Shown here piece after piece: positions 26,348 to 28,978 of a stretch of DNA of 28,978 nucleotides; the first letter of the stretch is position 1, and every line of letters starts with the position of its first letter. The position numbers and the translations under genes were made by a program. The notes below the pieces were generated by a model, which searched no databases, was not told where the DNA came from, and worked only from the letters and a program-made list of their open reading frames with translations. Source of the stretch: Oligoflexales bacterium (GTDB taxonomy: Bacteria; Bdellovibrionota_B; Oligoflexia; Oligoflexales; Bog-1112). Location of the stretch: positions 1 through 28,978 of the forward strand of contig JBGCDR010000158.1 in NCBI GenBank assembly GCA_045105515.1. The letters run 5' to 3'.

Positions 26348-27769
26348 TTAATTAACTAATAAGGAGCAAACATTTTTTCCAACTCTCCCGTTTACAGGTA
26401 CGAATAACTCCTGATCTTTAATTACTTTCGATTTTTGAGTGCTGTATTTTTGGGGATTATCAATTAGTTGCTGTATTTTATTTAAATAATCTGAATACAA
26501 GTCGCTAGAGATTACAGATTTATACTTAGTAAATCCTTCAAAGGTCCAGTTGTATACTTTTACATTCATCACAATAGCACCACAGGCTAAAGCCCATAAA
26601 CCAGTTGACGATCCTGATGAAATATAAATATCACAAAACGGTACGATGCTAGCAGTTCCACTTCTCGCAATTTTACATTGGTATTTTCTTTCTAAAAATT
26701 CATAATTTTTTATTTCCATCTTTGGATGTAAAACCAATATTAGATTGGCGTCTAACTGGCAAGTTTGTTTCACGAGTTTCTCATTTATTTGCCAGTGTTC
26801 ATCCCATGAACTTACTATTCGATGCTCTTTTAGTTGAACTAGAGAAAGAACAAGTAATTTCTTATTTGGATTTAGGTCATATTTTAAGTAAACTTGTTCT
26901 TTTGACAAGTTTGACTTCCATTTATATAACTTATCAAGCTGTATGTGGCCAGTTGTAACAATACACTCATCAGCAACTCCTAGAGATTTGTATTCAGCTG
27001 CCATAGAGTAATCGTCGACACAAACGATGTCAGAGTAACTACCACCCCTAGTCCAAGGATTTTTTGGAAGACATTTCCAAATAGCCATAGCTAGTGTTTC
27101 ATGCGGTAGTGCAAATAATAATTTTTGGCCTTTTAAATTCACAAATTGATTGGGGAAATAATCTGAGACTAACCTTTTCAAAAGGCTATTTTTACTTAAG
27201 GACATTAATTGGCTTCCGAGCCTTCCAGCTGCAGTCATAGACCTATCAAAAAAAGCCGCATAAATAGTTATAATTTTGACATTAGAATTCTTACAAGCTT
27301 TCATTAACAATGCAACAGGTCCACCTAGATTATCTACGTAGGAGCAAAGGCTTTTTGGATCAATAATTTTAAGTAAACCCCAATTATAAAAGAAATATCG
27401 CAAATAAGAGAAAGATTCTGAAAGTGCCAATATCGTTATTAAAAATGATTGACTTCTATGGCCTATCATCCGGCATAAATAGCGATTTATGAGGGTGAGG
27501 GGTATAAGAAGGTAGGATAATAAAAATGAAAAGCACGCAATCAGCTTTATTAAAAAATGTGTCCTTGACAGTTTTACCATACTGAAATTAACTCTGCCAA
27601 AGAAGAAATAAGGTATATTATTTTTCTTACACCAATTGATCTTGTCTTTAGTGAGGTAATTCAGAGCAATGATCGGCTTTAATTGAACGGAAGATAATTG
27701 TAAGGCTATCTCAGATATAGATTGCCAGGCAGTATTGTTAATAGCTAAGAATATCACGTAATCTTTCAT
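26348..27769 (-). CDS. Putative GT-B glycosyltransferase, candidate CMP-ulosonate (sialyl/Kdo-type) transferase
   Basis: TTGHIQLDKL, LVLHPK and DIYISSGSSTGLWALACG recall the HP and S(S/T) motifs of CMP-sugar transferases and CDP-glycerol transferase-like GT-B proteins. Context contains two neuA/neuB sets. Confidence 0.55.
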   Translation of the reverse strand: MKDYVIFLAINNTAWQSISEIALQLSSVQLKPIIALNYLTKDKINWCKKNNIPYFFFGRVNFSMVKLSRTHFLIKLIACFSFLLSYLLIPLTLINRYLCRMIGHRSQSFLITILALSESFSYLRYFFYNWGLLKIIDPKSLCSYVDNLGGPVALLMKACKNSNVKIITIYAAFFDRSMTAAGRLGSQLMSLSKNSLLKRLVSDYFPNQFVNLKGQKLLFALPHETLAMAIWKCLPKNPWTRGGSYSDIVCVDDYSMAAEYKSLGVADECIVTTGHIQLDKLYKWKSNLSKEQVYLKYDLNPNKKLLVLSLVQLKEHRIVSSWDEHWQINEKLVKQTCQLDANLILVLHPKMEIKNYEFLERKYQCKIARSGTASIVPFCDIYISSGSSTGLWALACGAIVMNVKVYNWTFEGFTKYKSVISSDLYSDYLNKIQQLIDNPQKYSTQKSKVIKDQELFVPVNGRVGKNVCSLLVN

Positions 27770-27945
27770 TTATTAATTCTCAATTTTCTATTATTTTTGC
27801 ATTATACTATTAATCGCTAAAATTTTGATATAACTTTATTTATTCCTATTTTTGTGTCAGGCTAAGTTAAGATATACTGATTTCAGATTGATTGATCTGT
27901 GAGATCTTAAATTTCCCTATATCTAAGCTACTTAGGAAGAATAAT

Positions 27946-28746
27946 ATGAAAAAAATTATTAAGGATCTTTGCCCTCCAGCCATATTAAAAATAAAGAGAA
28001 ATATTGCAAACTATTTAGATAGTAACAGAATAATCTTTAGTGGTCCCGTGGATTCTTTTTTTAAAGGAGAGAATCCATGGCTGAGTGAAGGTTGGATCAA
28101 TCATTCGAAAGAACGACTTAACCTAGCAGATAGATTTAATCCAGGTGTATCAATTCAAAGTCTCTCGCTGTTAATTAATTCAATTCTTGCGGAAAGGGAA
28201 CAGGTCTCAGTACTTGATTTTGGTGGCGGTACTGGTTTAATGTATCATGTTTTGGAGCGTATCACTAAATCTTCAGAAAAAATGGAGTGGATCGTTTTTG
28301 ATGACAATGAACCATTAATGAAGCTTGGAAAAGAATATAGTGCGAATAACAAGAATATTAAGTTTATAAAGAGTATTAACGAAATAAATAAGGTGGATAT
28401 AGTCTACATCAATACCTCAGTACAATATTTCGACGATTACAAGGTTGTGTTTGATAGTATTCTGAAATTGTCTCCAAAACATGTTGTCTTAAGCAGGTTG
28501 TTATGTGCAAAAAATGAAAGTATTATTACTCGACAGAAAATATACGGGAAAATTTCACCGTGCAAGTTTGTAAATAAAAAGGAATTAGTATTTTATTTTA
28601 AAGATCATGGATTTAAAAACTCATATGAAAGTAAAAGTCATGAAGATTTCACCTATATGATGACCAAAGAAGTTGCTAAAAAAGTGGATAATCGTCCTGG
28701 TTGGAATTTAGTTTTTACGAAACAAGATGCTTTGGCTTATCATTAG
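27946..28746 (+). CDS. Class I SAM-dependent methyltransferase (TIGR04325-like)
   Basis: VSVLDFGGGTG, NTSVQY and N-terminal MKKIIKDLCPP. ATG at 27946 preceded by AGGA, preferred over TTG at 27892. Confidence 0.8.
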   Translation: MKKIIKDLCPPAILKIKRNIANYLDSNRIIFSGPVDSFFKGENPWLSEGWINHSKERLNLADRFNPGVSIQSLSLLINSILAEREQVSVLDFGGGTGLMYHVLERITKSSEKMEWIVFDDNEPLMKLGKEYSANNKNIKFIKSINEINKVDIVYINTSVQYFDDYKVVFDSILKLSPKHVVLSRLLCAKNESIITRQKIYGKISPCKFVNKKELVFYFKDHGFKNSYESKSHEDFTYMMTKEVAKKVDNRPGWNLVFTKQDALAYH

Positions 28747-28759
28747 TAATTTGACTATT

Positions 28760-28978
28760 AGAGTTGTCTAACAATTGATAAAACCCTTTGGTAGCTTAAT
28801 TTATGTTATTTTATAGTTCCAAAGACCTGCTGCTGCGCAACCTATTTCATCACGAAGCTTATCAATTCTGACTCTTAACTTTGAAGAAGCTGCGTTGAAT
28901 ATTTTAATACCTCCTATTGCATGCTCTATCTTCACTCGACTTGATGATTTTACCTTATTTTCAAGCTTTTGATCTTTA
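28760..28978 (-). mobile_element. Downstream end of an IS5-family insertion sequence
   Basis: Transposase stop at 28801, with a candidate terminal inverted repeat (TT)AGAGTTGTCTAACAA about 40 nt beyond it. The partner repeat would lie outside the window, so the boundary is approximate. Confidence 0.65.
28801..28978 (-). CDS. C-terminus of an IS5-family (DDE_Tnp_4 / ISL2 group-like) transposase, truncated by the window edge
   Basis: Manual translation of 28977 to 28801: KDQKLENKVKSSSRVKIEHAIGGIKIFNAASSKLRVRIDKLRDEIGCAAAGLWNYKIT*. Contains N-x6-R-x2-IEH-x-IG-x2-K (third DDE residue) and terminal GLWN. Not in the ORF track. Confidence 0.85.
   Translation of the reverse strand, partial: KDQKLENKVKSSSRVKIEHAIGGIKIFNAASSKLRVRIDKLRDEIGCAAAGLWNYKIT

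Noticed and set aside
1371..26958. Short ORF-track entries (e.g. 1371-1688, 2102-2377, 2836-3066, 4637-4918, 9484-9693, 17202-17459, 19077-19487, 23816-24172, 24467-24781, 26722-26958)
   Set aside because: They lie antisense or out of frame, mostly within well-supported genes, and show no recognisable motifs. Treated as shadow ORFs.
651..28746. Methyltransferases as DNA methylases of a restriction or defence system
   Set aside because: I saw no DPPY/NPPY or PCQ catalytic motifs and no nuclease or helicase partners. The LEH/FHH motifs fit small-molecule or glycan methyltransferases.
1..28978. CRISPR arrays, tRNA/rRNA genes, long tandem repeats, JUMPstart/ops element
   Set aside because: None were seen on reading the intergenic regions, which are all under about 300 nt. 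A covariance-model search was not possible, so small RNAs cannot be excluded.

Overview
This is an AT-rich (roughly 35% GC by eye) bacterial surface-glycan biosynthesis and decoration island with 26 complete CDSs in six blocks of alternating orientation. There is a probably frameshifted gene fragment at the left edge and the 3' end of an IS5-family DDE transposase at the right edge. The island encodes two PEP-dependent nonulosonate synthases and two CMP-ulosonate synthetases. One module is conventional neuB-neuC-neuD (legionaminic/sialic acid type). Divergent from it is an unusual tightly coupled operon: a CBS-domain nucleotide-sugar dehydrogenase, a cryptic Nudix-like hydrolase, a NeuB homologue lacking the SAF domain, NeuA, a D-2-hydroxyacid dehydrogenase and a HAD phosphatase. 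This operon is the best candidate for an undescribed pathway to a novel ulosonic acid. Also present are a Gfo/Idh/MocA-DegT fusion coupled to the other NeuA, an MBOAT + SGNH O-acylation pair, an RfbF/RfbG-like pair, a 2OG-Fe(II) oxygenase, seven class I SAM methyltransferases, a GT2 and a putative ulosonate transferase. I saw no rRNA, tRNA or CRISPR array. All family calls come from motif recognition by eye; no searches were run and the host taxon cannot be determined.
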